DNA of 64,000 nt from Octopus bimaculoides (GCF_001194135.2 NC_069008.1:14654686-14718685), one strand, 5' to 3'; shown: positions 35,338-48,193, counted from the stretch's first letter. The notes: generated by a model from the letters alone, not told the origin. Program-made: numbers and translations.

Positions 35338-36870
35338 ATCATCATCATCATCATCATCATCGTTTAACGTCCGCTTTCCATGCTAGCATGGGTTGGACGA
35401 TTTGACTGAGGACTGGTGAAACCGGATGGCAACACCAGGCTCCAGTCTGATTTGGCAGAGTTTCTACAGCTGGATGCCCTTCCTAACGCCAACCACTCAG
35501 AGAGTGTAGTGGGTGCTTTTACGTGTCACCCGCACGAAAACGGCCACGCTCGAAATGGTGTCTTTTATGTGCCNNNNNNNNNNNNNNNNNNNNNNNNNNN
35601 NNNNNNNNNNNNNNNNNNNNNNNNNNNNNNNNNNNNNNNNNNNNNNNNNNNNNNNNNNNNNNNNNNNNNNNNNNNNNNNNNNNNNNNNNNNNNNNNNNNN
35701 NNNNNNNNNNNNNNNNNNNNNNNNNNNNNNNNNNNNNNNNNNNNNNNNNNNNNNNNNNNNNNNNNNNNNNNNNNNNNNNNNNNNNNNNNNNNNNNNNNNN
35801 NNNNNNNNNNNNNNNNNNNNNNNNNNNNNNNNNNNNNNNNNNNNNNNNNNNNNNNNNNNNNNNNNNNNNNNNNNNNNNNNNNNNNNNNNNNNNNNNNNNN
35901 NNNNNNNNNNNNNNNNNNNNNNNNNNNNNNNNNNNNNNNNNNNNNNNNNNNNNNNNNNNNNNNNNNNNNNNNNNNNNNNNNNNNNNNNNNNNNNNNNNNN
36001 NNNNNNNNNNNNNNNNNNNNNNNNNNNNNNNNNNNNNNNNNNNNNNNNNNNNNNNNNNNNNNNNNNNNNNNNNNNNNNNNNNNNNNNNNNNNNNNNNNNN
36101 NNNNNNNNNNNNNNNNNNNNNNNNNNNNNNNNNNNNNNNNNNNNNNNNNNNNNNNNNNNNNNNNNNNNNNNNNNNNNNNNNNNNNNNNNNNNNNNNNNNN
36201 NNNNNNNNNNNNNNNNNNNNNNNNNNNNNNNNNNNNNNNNNNNNNNNNNNNNNNNNNNNNNNNNNNNNNNNNNNNNNNNNNNNNNNNNNNNNNNNNNNNN
36301 NNNNNNNNNNNNNNNNNNNNNNNNNNNNNNNNNNNNNNNNNNNNNNNNNNNNNNNNNNNNNNNNNNNNNNNNNNNNNNNNNNNNNNNNNNNNNNNNNNNN
36401 NNNNNNNNNNNNNNNNNNNNNNNNNNNNNNNNNNNNNNNNNNNNNNNNNNNNNNNNNNNNNNNNNNNNNNNNNNNNNNNNNNNNNNNNNNNNNNNNNNNN
36501 NNNNNNNNNNNNNNNNNNCTGAACATCTGCCACAAACAAAAACTAACTTGCTAGTTAACCTGCCTTTGATGTTGCTGCACCTCTTATGTGTCCATAGCTT
36601 GCACCGGGTACATCTTATAGAGTTACTACCTACTCCTTTTCTACATACTGAGCAGGGCCATCTACCTGAAGGGGTTTGTGTTTTATCTACCTTCCTACTT
36701 ATTAGGATTTTGGTTTTAGCTAGGTTGACTCTAAGGCCCTTCAATTCTAGACCTTGCTTCCACACCTGAAACTTCTCCTCTAGTCCTGATAGTGACTCCG
36801 CAATTAGGGCAAGGTCATCAGCATAGAGGAGCTCCCAGGGGCAACCTGTCTGTGGAAGAATATTCCTCAT
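35338..36870 (-). mobile_element. RTE-clade LINE, 3' portion spanning a gap
   Basis: LLYADDL RT motif followed by a Cys-rich insert; 3' end ...ggaaagcggacgttaaac(gat)n. Confidence 0.85.
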
Positions 36871-37578
36871 CAGTGATATTATTGTGGTTCATTTTGCTTA
36901 GAAAGGGAGGATTTCTCAACATGATGTTCCAATAGCTGGGATATTGTAGAAACAGCTGTTAGAGATTACGTATACCTTTTTATTATGCAGCTAAATTAAA
37001 CGTCCTGGTCAAATCTTACCAAACCGCTTGCCTTTTCTTTCCTGCTTTAATCTATACCTACTGGCTCAAGGGAAAGCCACTTCTAACCACTTTAGAAAGG
37101 TAGTCACAAAATCACATCTTCAACTGCAGTTCAAACTGAAATTTTAGTGACATGCCTATTTGTGCACTCAGAGCACATACCTATTAGTTTGGGTACCCTG
37201 ACGAAAATTCCTCATATCTTTTATATATATATATATATATGAGAGAGAAAGGCAATTATGTGGATAAACAAATTAAATATAACACTTTGGGTTTGATATA
37301 TAAAATATATATGTATATATACATGCAAAATGAGAGAAAGCAAAGACTGAAGACTTTCAGACTGATTATTTAAGTATAAATGTATAGATATTTATTTTAA
37401 TAGATCAAACTTACACAGAGTACAAATGACAGAGAAAATTAAAGAGGAGAAGATAAGATGTTATAAGTAGAACAGTTGTTTCGGGGGCTCAGAGACCCTC
37501 ATAATGTTGGTAGATGCAGATGCAGTTCACCACAATATGCAGGCCGTAATTGAAGTGATCTCATCTCTTGATACAATA

Positions 37579-37622
<44 letters not shown>

Positions 37623-38379
37623 ATAATAAGGAAAGTAAAAATAGAAGTGTAGACGTTACTTAATTCCAAGTTGGTATATAAATACAATAAAAGGTTGTTT
37701 CCGAGCCTATTTAATTCAAAACAAAATGAAATATAATCCTTTTGAAATCACAAATTAGGCTTTTCCTCAGGAATTCATTATGAGAATGAATGGGTTCTAC
37801 CAACAAAAATATAAAGACCTTTACAATAGCCCAGAAAGGAGCAAATAGTTAAATTATGATAGAAAAAAAATTAACCGAACGCCAAACCGATCAAAAACAG
37901 AAAAATATATAAATCCACTTTAGCATTGATTCAAATAACAATTCACAATATATAAATACTTGTTAACGACATTTACAATTACCGTCTATACAAAACAAAA
38001 AAGAGAATAGACAATCAATCTACAGATAAGTTAATGAAAAAATAAACCATTAACTACTAAGAATTATAGAGTTAACTAATTAAAAACTAATATATTATCC
38101 ACTAAAACGTAACCAATACAATAATTCAAAGATTTTAAAAGAAAAGAATGCTTCATATTTACAAATGGCTTCTGTCAAGTAAAGCAGAGTTGTTTCCCTG
38201 ACATGTAAACAAATCAAAACAAGTGAGAATATAACTGCAGCAAAATTCTTTTCATTTCAAAATATGAGATAAACCTAAAATTTTAAACAAATTAAAAACT
38301 TATTTTTAAAATAGTAATAATATAGATTAAAATAAAAACTCCTTATATTATATTACAAATAAAACCAATCTAAGAATAA

Positions 38380-38565
38380 TATATATATCTACACACACAC
38401 ACACACGTATATGTATATACATACACACACATGTATATACATACACGCACACACACACATATATATATATATACACACACACACATATATATACATATAT
38501 GTATATATATATACATTTATATATACGTGTGTGTGTATGTATATATATATATATATATATACTTA
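38380..38565. repeat. Compound (CA)/(TA)/(TG) microsatellite
   Basis: Direct inspection; similar tracts at 3003-3072, 5230-5282, 25750-26170, 26400-27300 and 51805-51913. Confidence 0.95.
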
Positions 38566-38570
38566 TGTAT

Positions 38571-38973
38571 CAAAATAAGCAACAGGATATCCAGAGTTGA
38601 TGCAGTACGACCGTTTCAAGTGGCTCCATTTAAATGAACTAGTCTTAGATTTGATATACAAATGATTTGATAAACAAGACTAATAAATTAAAACTGAACC
38701 AAAATCAGTGACAAGCTATGACCCAAACAGATTTTTTCCTGATGTCTTAGAAACTTCTAAGCTGAAGTGACAACAGCATGGACTTTGTCTGCCTTCTTAC
38801 CTTCCTAGAGGATCTATGTAAAATTATACAAATGTGTCCGACTGATTAAAAAAATTCTATTTATATATTTATGCAGCTGAGGACAGCCCTGCATTTAAAT
38901 TGATTTTCAATTAAATGGAGCCACTTGAAACGGTCGTACTGCATCAACTCTCGATATCCTGTTGCTTATTTTG
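38571..38973. mobile_element. Element with 63-bp inverted repeats
   Basis: 38571-38633 and 38911-38973 are reverse complements with about one mismatch; no clean TSD. Confidence 0.6.
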
Positions 38974-39400
38974 AAATTGTACAGATAGGACACTGGGCCT
39001 CACTGAGGTAATGACAAGGCATCAGGATATGTGGCAATTTGCTGAACTTGGTAAGACGCATCAAGCTAAGTGAAATCGCTGTCTTCCACACATACAGGCT
39101 TGTCCTTTCAGGTGGCATTGATGATGATGATATGACAGTACGCCATTTCTGTACCTTTGATTGTGAATCATTATAATTTGTCTGTGACTCTTCCTCCTCC
39201 TCACTTCAATTCCTTTGACCTTCCTCCTCCTTCCTTCTTTGGTCTTTCTTGCCTCCAACAAAGAGCTATGCTCAAAGCATAAAACAACAACTCCCTTCCT
39301 TCCTCAGCATCATATCAATACATTGCTTGTGCTATGGCCTAACATTTGTTTGTTTCTTCTTTTTTTCTGTTTTTTTTTTTTTTTTCAATTGACTATATAT

Positions 39401-41028
39401 ATCATCATCATCGTTTAACGTCCGCTTTCCATGCTGGCATGGGTTGGACGGTTTGATTGGGGACTGGCAAGCAAGGAGGCTGCACCAGGCTCCAATCTGA
39501 TCTGGCAAGGTTTCTACAGCTGGATGCCCTTCCTAATGCAAACCACTCTGAGAGTGTGGTGGGTGCTTTTAACGTGCCACCAGCACAGGAGCCAGTATCA
39601 CCTGATGATTCAAAGGTACTATTTAAAGAGGTTGGTTATGTGACACTGGTATAGGCTATGGCTGTGATCTCACTTTACTCGCCGGGTCTTCTCAATCACA
39701 GCATATCTCCAGAGGTCTTGGTCTCTTGTCATTGCTTCTGTGAAGCCCAGCATTCGAAGGTCATGCTTCACCACCTCATCCCATGTCTTCCTGGGTCTTG
39801 AATTCCTCTGTTACTGCCTGGCGGACTATGATGAACAAGATGGGGCTGAGCACTGATCCTTGGCGAACCCCTACTTTTGCCCGGAATTCTTCACTATACT
39901 CATTGCTGACCCTTGCCTTACTGACAGCATCCTTGTACAGGACTGGTACAGCTCTTATTAACCTTGTTTCCGCATTACCCACCAGATAAAGGATCTGGGG
40001 ACCCTGTCAAAGGCTTTCCCCAAGTCAACAAAAGCCAAGTATAGGGGTTTATCTTTAGCTAGGTATTTCTCCAGCAGTTGCCATACCAGAAATATAGCAT
40101 CAGTGGTCCTTCTATCTGGCACAAAACCGAACTGCATCTCATCTAAGCAGACTCTCTCCCTAATTAGTTGGGCTATGACCCTCTCCGTGACCTTCATCAC
40201 CTGATCCCGCAGTTTGACACCCTTGTAGTTATTTCTATCTAAAGCATCACCTTTACCTTTGTAGCAGTTGACTATGGTGCTGCTATGCCAGTCATTGGGT
40301 ATGACTCTTTCGTGAACTACCTGATTAACTAAACAGGTGACTAGACCATAACCCACCCTACCAGATATTTTAAGCATCTCTGCAGTGATTTCTGATGGGC
40401 CAGGGATTTTTCCTAACTTCATATCCTCAATTGCTTTATCTACTAGGGTGCTATCGATTCGGGTAGCTGGTCCCTCAACTGGGTCAACATGTGGCAGGCT
40501 CTCCTCTCATTCATTCTCCACACTCAGTAGCCTTTCATAATGGCCTCCCCAAGCCTCTTTCTTTGCAGAATCATTAAAACAAGTGCACCATCATTCATGT
40601 GAACATATTTCTCTCCTGTAACATCACAATTTTCTCTCACACTCTGTATTGCAAACCAAAGTACTTCAGTTCTTTGGCCCTCACATCACTGAACATTGGC
40701 AAACTTCTTTTCTGCTTCTCCCTTGGCTATATATACCTGTCTCCCAGCCTCCCTTCTAGCTACCTGGTACATTTCCCTGCTACTCCCACTCTTCCAGGTT
40801 TTCCAGGCCTGTTTCTTTGCTTTAATGGCCTTGTCTACCATATTATTCCACTACCACATTACCCTAGTTCTGGAAGGAACTTTGCACCAGCTGCAGATTT
40901 AGTCTGTAGCAGAAAGTAAGCTGTCATATAGGAATTTCCAGTTACCCTCTATGTCACAAGTCTGTATCTCCTCCTCCCTCTCATCAAATTTCTCAATGAA
41001 GATATCCCTAAATCTCTGACCAAATCCT
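39401..41028 (-). mobile_element. RTE-clade LINE, internally deleted
   Basis: QFGF...AFVDLGKAFDRVPR RT motifs and GVRQGSVLSP, fused directly to the C-terminal RPRKTWDEVVK segment; (gat)n tail. Confidence 0.9.
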
Positions 41029-41526
41029 TCTTTTCTATAACGTTTTAGATGTCGGAGATTACAAATATGCAAAAAAAAATTTATTTCACTCCCGCCTATT
41101 CCCCCCTCCCCAATTTAAAATCATGAACTTTTTTCGAAATTTTCAAAACTTTAAATATATATAATGAATATATTAAAAGTTGACAATTTTTTTTTTATCT
41201 TATATTTATTTTGTATACAAATAATACAACATTACATAAGCTGATAAGTTGTTTACTGCAGTGCATAAGGCGAAATTACGGAAATTATGCTATTGTTTCT
41301 TTTCTGGAAACTCGCCACGTACCGGCAGCTGATAGCTCACGGTCCATGGAACACCACTTTGTGTTGCACTCGATTAAACTACTAACATCTTCGGAACAAA
41401 ACCTTTGAATGCTGGTTGCCTTCGGTTATCTTCTTCGACCATCACTCACTCCCACTCCGTTTGCCGTTTTACTGTCCGTGTTCCGGCGTCACTGAAGAGT
41501 GACACCGTTTTATATGTAAGAAAGAT

Positions 41527-42007
41527 GTCGGCGACTTTTAACGTACGTCACCGGTGTCATTGAAACAAGGGGAATAATTATCAACGACACCGCCTACAGG
41601 CTGTGTTTTTAACTGTGCTAATTATATCATACGTTGTAATTATCTCATGTTTAGGTAGGTGAACGTTAATGTTTGTGCTTAAGACTGGGTGATGTTACAT
41701 GTTTCAAGCTCGGCGTTCTATCACCTTCATGATTAAATATGTCATTTCATCACAGATTTACATCGTTAATTAGTTGTTCCCTATTTTACAGGACAGATAA
41801 CATGGCTTTTAATCAACAACAAATCAATCAATGAACTTTTCATTCGGACTTTATATCAAACATTCTACTGGTGAGTAGAAAGTATATCTACATTACATCT
41901 GTTCCACACATGTAAACGGAGATATGATATCTAAGTCAGGAAACTAAACCATAATAGATTAACTCACAGACACGTGTCGGTTTTTAAAGAATTCCTCAAG
42001 AATTAAT
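41527..42007 (+). promoter_or_regulatory. Conserved 5' cassette of gene D
   Basis: Same motif order as at Z1; acceptor ending 41791, donor GTGAGT at 41871. Confidence 0.7.
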
Positions 42008-43141
42008 ATGGAGAACGATAATCACTTGGATACTTCAAACACAAATGTTTTTAACAATTTAGATATGGTTGCACAGACTGATATAGATGAGAAACCTGTT
42101 CTTGGTGAAGTATTTACTCAAGAAAGATCGTTACAGGAAAATGTTACTGAATATAGATGTGATGTTTGTAGGAAGACATTCTCTTCAGAACGTGAAGTCT
42201 TCACGCATAAAGAAATACACAGTAAAGAGAAACATTATCAATGTGAGGAGTATTTTGTCTCTGTTAATGTTTTAGGAATACACCAACGAAAACACGCCCA
42301 AGTCAAACCGTTGGGCTGTGAAATATGTAGTAATAATTCTAGTCTTATTATCCACGTTTGCAGTCACACAAGCGAAAAACCGTTTCACTGTGAAATGCTC
42401 AAGAAATCTTACTCTGGTAATCCTAGTCTTATAGTCCATAAACGAATACACCCTGGTAAAAAGGCCTATCACTGTGAAATCTGTGGAGAATGTTTCTGTC
42501 AGAAATCTAAGATGACTTTACATAAATATAGTCACACTGGAAAGAAGCCATTCTATTGTGATATATGCGGGAAATGTTTTGTGAGGAAGTGTACTTTATC
42601 AACACACACAAAAATTCACACTGGAGAGAAACCCTGGCACTGTGAAATATGTGAGAAGTCTTTTGCGAAATCTAGCCATTTAAGCAGGCATAAATTAACA
42701 CACACTGGAGAAAGACCTTTCCCTTGCAATATATGTGGGAAGTCTTTTATTACTAATGATAACTTAAAAACACACAAGATGATACATACTGGAGAAAAAC
42801 TATTTCGCTGTGAAATATGTGAGAGATCTTTTGTCTCTAATACTCATTTAAGCAGACACAACAGGATACATACTGGCGAGAAACCCTTTCATTGTGAAAT
42901 TTGTGGGAAATGCTTTGCCTCTAACAGTGATTTAAACAGGCATAAAAGAATCCACACTGGAGAAAAACCATTCCATTGTGAAAAATGTGGGAAATCATTC
43001 TCTGATAATTCTAATCTTGTTGGTCACATCCGCAGTCATACTGGGGAAAGACCTTATCATTGTGAAACTTGTGGGAAATGTTTCGTGACCAGTAGTCACT
43101 TAAAAAGACACATACAAACACATACTGGAAAGAAGACTTGA
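42008..43141 (+). CDS. C2H2 zinc-finger protein D: atypical finger 1, three broken fingers, eight intact fingers
   Basis: Intact 377-aa ORF; paralog of E; fingers 2-4 carry in-frame deletions or a Cys-to-Leu change. Confidence 0.93.
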   Translation: MENDNHLDTSNTNVFNNLDMVAQTDIDEKPVLGEVFTQERSLQENVTEYRCDVCRKTFSSEREVFTHKEIHSKEKHYQCEEYFVSVNVLGIHQRKHAQVKPLGCEICSNNSSLIIHVCSHTSEKPFHCEMLKKSYSGNPSLIVHKRIHPGKKAYHCEICGECFCQKSKMTLHKYSHTGKKPFYCDICGKCFVRKCTLSTHTKIHTGEKPWHCEICEKSFAKSSHLSRHKLTHTGERPFPCNICGKSFITNDNLKTHKMIHTGEKLFRCEICERSFVSNTHLSRHNRIHTGEKPFHCEICGKCFASNSDLNRHKRIHTGEKPFHCEKCGKSFSDNSNLVGHIRSHTGERPYHCETCGKCFVTSSHLKRHIQTHTGKKT

Positions 43142-43900
43142 AACTGTGAAACATGAGAAAGCTTTCTTTTAAAGATCTAAACTTATTGTCTTACTGGTGA
43201 AAAACGTTGAAACTAGTTCTGTTTGAATTAAGACATACTTGCCAGGCATGTTTCCATGGAAGGTTGGAAGTGAATAAGACTGCTCATTTGTCGGTAACAC
43301 TCAATGCACATATATACATGTTAGAAAAAAAGGCTCTCGTCTTAGTTAACAGAGTGGATATATTGTTATAAATACAGAGGAATGTCAGTTTACAAAGGCT
43401 TCTCATCTCAAACAAATTGGTCTGCAATTTTTTGAACATGAAACATCTCAAGTGATGAACAGTGTCTTGAGTAACGAACATGCAAGCCGGCAACTGTGTG
43501 CATTTGTATATTTCACAATTAGGTGGCAAATTTTATGTGCATTCCTTAACTTGCAATGAAAGAAAAAACATGATGGAGTGGGGTTAATACTTATATCTTG
43601 GGCAAATTTTCATGCATGAGGGCAGGAACAAATAACTTCACTTTTACAGTTTAATTTGGTGCCTAGTTAGAGAGAATTTTTTTAACATGATCTTTTTTTT
43701 TTTTCAACCAAGCAGAGCTTGTACCTCCTACTGTGATTAAAGTTTTCCAGTATCTCCATTTGATGCTGCAATGTGCAACATTTTCTTTCAATGTTTATAT
43801 ATGCCATGCTACAGATATGGCATTTCACCTCTTTCGGATAGTAAATGAGGACTTGTAGTTGATGAATCTTCTCCTGAAAGGACCTTCTGTCATATGCATA

Positions 43901-44099
43901 TACAAGGAGATGCTAAAAAGTTTCTGGCTTTGAGTAAAAGAAAATACAGTAAGATCAGTTAATTATGATTTTATTCCACAAATTCACACACTTATTGCAG
44001 TGGTCCTTCAGTGTTTCTAAGATCTGTAAAAGAACTCGGAAGGTTGGACCTCCTTTCACGATACCGTTAAAGCCATGAACTTTTCAGCACCCCCTCATA
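43901..44099. mobile_element. ~200 bp Tc1/mariner-type MITE family copy
   Basis: Degenerate TIR gaggggtgctgaaaagttcc with TA ends; other copies at ~2735-2871, 3073-3293, 29200-29366 and 32987-33195. Confidence 0.7.
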
Positions 44100-44478
44100 C
44101 TTTGGCACATCTGTCGCTTCATTGCGATTCTTTGACACTATCTATACCTGATATACAATGGTTTCTGTATTGCAATGGCTGTTTAGAGGACATGTTTCCT
44201 TACTTCTGTATGATCATCCTGCCTCTATTTCAGGCTTGGGCTTAGAATCATTTTATTTATGCTAGTAACCTAGCTAAGTTGTATCTATTAGATATTTTCC
44301 TGTATCTGTGTTTCGAGGGAGCATTTATCAATTAAACCACAGAAGATGGGGTGAAAAACCACATGATTTTATGATGGTTTTTCCCCTGTTGAGGTTAGTC
44401 AGGCATGTATCCAGTCTTTTCTTGACAGCCACTGCTTTTGGTGGTACAAGTTGTCTGCATACTATTACAACTACCAGT

Positions 44479-44820
44479 GGAGGTGCAATGGCCCAGTGGT
44501 TAGAGCAGCGGACTCAGAGTCATAGGATCGCGGTTTCGATTCCCAGACCGGGCGTTGTGAGTGTTTATTGAGTGAAAACACCTAAAGCTCCTTGAGGATC
44601 CGGCAGGGGATGGTGTACCCTGCTGTACTCTTTCACAACTTTCTCTCACTCTTATTTCCTGTTTCTGTTGTGCCTGTAATTCAAAGGGTCAGCCTTGTCA
44701 CGCTGAATATCCCCGAGAACTATGTTAAGGGTACACGTGTCTGTGGAGTGCTCATCCACTTGCACGTTAATTTCACGAGCAGGCTGTTCTGTTGATCGGA
44801 TCAACTGGAACCCTCGACGG
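44479..44820 (+). mobile_element. tRNA-derived SINE
   Basis: A-box-like tggcccagtggttag and B-box-like ggtttcgattcc; related copies at ~28740-28910 (+) and 51280-51560 (-). Confidence 0.7.
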
Positions 44821-44949
44821 AGTGCCATCAACAATATTACAACTACCACCAGTGCTGTCAGATTTTCAGAGAACAGAATCATGACAATTCTATCATTTAT
44901 CTCTGGCATATACAGGTGCTTACACTTATCAAGTATTCCCTCTAAACTT

Positions 44950-45665
44950 ACAGTACCTACGTGATTCACATTGTCTTTTGGATTGGATTTTACATACCCA
45001 CGGCAACCTTTAATACTTGATGAATAAACAATGAAACAAAGGATTAACACCAATTTCTCTCCCAAAGACATCCCACTACACACCGAAGACACATACATGA
45101 CGTCTCTTATCCATAGGACTACGGATTTCCTTAGAAGGATTAGATGGGCCGCTTACCACTTTGGTAATAGGAAAAAACATAGCTCAAACAGTAACCAGGA
45201 TGACACAGTATATAAAAAACTTTTCAAAAGTAGAAGAAACCCTCCACCGAATTATGCATTAGAGAATTTCAAGAAAGACATCCTTGAATTTATTGGAAAA
45301 ATTAAATTTAGAAAGCATAACACCTTTATGAACAACCACTTGAGGAATTTAAAGCAGTTTATATACTCACTTAAAAATGAAGACAGTCTAATTATACCTG
45401 CTGACAAAACTGGTAATTGGTATAGATTAGACTATAATTATTAATTATGAATCACTCATAATGAAGGCGCTACATAAATATAAAGCTACTTCAATAGAAA
45501 ACCTGAAGGAAATCATTAACAAAATCAGAAGTAATGGCCATGCTAGCTAGATCTACTGAAAAGGACTGAACCTCTCGTCCCTCAGGAACTGCGGATTAAT
45601 ATTAAAGACCACAAAAAAGATTCCCGGAAAACATAGCAGTGAGGCTAATATGCCCAACCAAGGTT
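44950..45665 (+). mobile_element. Penelope-like element, 5' fragment
   Basis: NFSPKDIP...FLRRIRWAAYHF...IIPADKTGNWY, then IKDHKKD..VRLICPT; cut by a mariner-type MITE end. Confidence 0.75.
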
Positions 45666-45950
45666 GGGATCAACCAGGCCTTTCTTGATATCCTTAAAGC
45701 CAGGAACTTTTGAGCACACCCCACCCCTCATATGTAAATTCCATCTGTTTTCTTTTTAATATCACATATCTGAATTTCATGTTGATAACGAATACCACTC
45801 ATTAGATTATGCTAAAAAAAAAAAAGTGATAATCAAAGTGAAATGAAGGGGTCTCACTTGGATGAATGAGTGGAATTCTATTTTAAGCACCCCATTATGA
45901 CCCCTCTTAACTTTTATTTTTTGGAATTTTCAGAAAATTTTTACGAATTT

Positions 45951-46284
45951 CAAAAATATTTTATTTACTTTAAAAATATACGTAAAAAAGGGGGAGGAGG
46001 CAAAGCAGCGGAAGAAGGAGGGGATGGGCCATGGGCCCTATATCCCAGAACGAGGGGTGCTCAGACTCGCCCTGCATTAATGACAGTGATGGCATTGCCA
46101 CGGAGAATGGCCAGCAACACTACCTGCAGTAACCACTGTATCTTGCAGGACTGATTTCTCCGACAGGCCACTACTATCCCTATTTTGCATAAGAAATCGG
46201 TGGCACAGGATCCTAGAACACCTGATGTCTCGACGTAAACCTGTACAAACTGATAATGGCTGGCCAGGCTCCTGTAGTTATTGA
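45951..46284 (-). mobile_element. Short 5'-truncated CRE-like insertion with a candidate 12-bp TSD
   Basis: YRSLASHYQFVQVYVETSGVLG...QVVLLAILRGNA; flanked by tttt(a/g)cgaattt. Confidence 0.65.
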
Positions 46285-47060
46285 TTTTGCGAATTTGTGC
46301 TGTGTTATACACGCGGAAATTCATAGGAACTTTAAATACAGACAGTCCGAAGTTTTTGCTTAAATCCCAACAATAGACCATTAAATGAGTTTATGCAGAG
46401 AAAGGTATTGAAAAACATCAATGCATTAGACACAAACAAATGAGGAGGTCATGAGATATGCTAACAATAACAGCTAAATACCCTTTATATCAATCACGCA
46501 CAATTTTTTTTTTTTTTTTTTACATATTCGTATGAATTCCCGTGTGTATAATACAGATTCAGAAAAATTTTCTGAATATTCCAAAAAATATTTTTAAAAA
46601 GTTACGAAGGGTTGTAAGGGATGCTTAAATCAGAAATTCCGCCGATGAATGTCTGTCTAGGCATTACAGAATTTAGATGTTTTTCTTAAAGATATGAGTG
46701 GTAGATATCTTCTATAGAAAATGTGTGTTATATTACCTTTTTATGACCACATTTCTGGTGAAATAAACCGAATTTGTTTCTATTAATTTTGAAAACGAAG
46801 AATTTAGTAAAATAACTCTGTCATGACTAAATTAGTATTTGGGACGTAAATTAACCTAAAATCAAAAAGGGTTTCACAACACAAATATTGAAATTATTAT
46901 CTCCCCTCGTTTATTTCCAAATGTTTTCCGGGGATTTCCTTGGTAACCAAGTTGTGATATATTTTTATTTTTACCTTTTGTTTAGTCTATTTGAATATTT
47001 CTGTTTAAAAAGGAATATCTTCTACATTGATGTCATAAAGAGATGTTTGTTTGAAAAGAA

Positions 47061-47290
47061 GGTTAATGTTTACTTTAACACCCGGCCACCAAAAAAGAAA
47101 AAAGTGTGTATTGAACTAATATATAAACAAAAATTGACTAATATATAACCCTAACACCCTAGTGAAAATCGTGCGGGTGTTAATCTAAAAATTTACCCAA
47201 AAATTTTCTGAAAGTCGTCTCCCGACCTCTCGGTTCGTTGGCGCAAATATTTGTTTTCATATTCGTTTAATACACATTTTCATACCTATT

Positions 47291-47336
<46 letters not shown>

Positions 47337-47363
47337 TGGCCAGGTGTTAAAGTAATATTAACC
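47061..47363. mobile_element. MITE-like element with ~35-bp TIRs
   Basis: ggttaatgtttactttaacacccggccac versus gtggccaggtgttaaagtaatattaacc; GAA on both flanks. Confidence 0.55.
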
Positions 47364-48193
47364 GAAAATAATGGACAAAATATCAAGTTTTGCAGGTCTA
47401 AATAAAAATCGGTTTTCTTGCCAAATAAACATGCAATATATATTCATTCTTCATTCGTTTATTATTGTTCTTATTTTATCTCAAGTCTCCCCACCCTTTT
47501 TTTTTTTTCAAATCTATTCTGAATTCATATTATTGAAATACATTACTTTGTGTTGTGAATGCGCGAGCGCACATATATTTGTTAATTAATATTTAGCGGA
47601 AGCAACAAAGTGACTCAGTGTCCGAGAGTTTCGTCCATTGGCACTTATTTGTCAAACTAATTACAGATCGAAAAGTTGTGGGTTTACATATAGCGGATGA
47701 GAGTTATATTTCCCTCTGGACTGTTCTAGATCGAATTTCAAATCAAAACAATGTCATGTTATGTCGTTCAATTGAGTAAATTCATAGATAAAGAAATACA
47801 GAAACATGCATCATACAGTCTATTTTTCATCCTGAGCCCCATAAAGATTCGATGACTACGCCTCTCGTGGAGCAAGAATCTCATTTTATACAGACTTTGA
47901 TGCTGAATATCTTTAAAACTAATCAGAGTATTTGACTGAAACTGGCTACTTTGGGAACTTGAATACATTCTGTCAGAATCTGCTACGAAAATTACTCTAT
48001 CGCCCTTCATTTTCAAGCTATTGCCCTTTCAAATATGAACCTTTCCACAAGCAAGATTTTTTTTTTTTTTAATGAAGATTCACCCCACCCATGATGCCAA
48101 GACATCTAATACAAGCAAAATTCTGCCGAGTTTCTTCAATTTGAGAACAAATCTGTCCATAATAGGAATATTGACAAACAGATTTCAGATTTA

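Noticed and set aside
41250-41500. Possible further CRE fragment or CTGAAGA hammerhead core upstream of the D cassette
   Set aside because: Translation shows no CRE motifs, and the CTGAAGA is not followed by a proper stem II and GAAA.
44479-44555. tRNA gene
   Set aside because: A/B boxes run into SINE body sequence shared with other copies; no complete cloverleaf.
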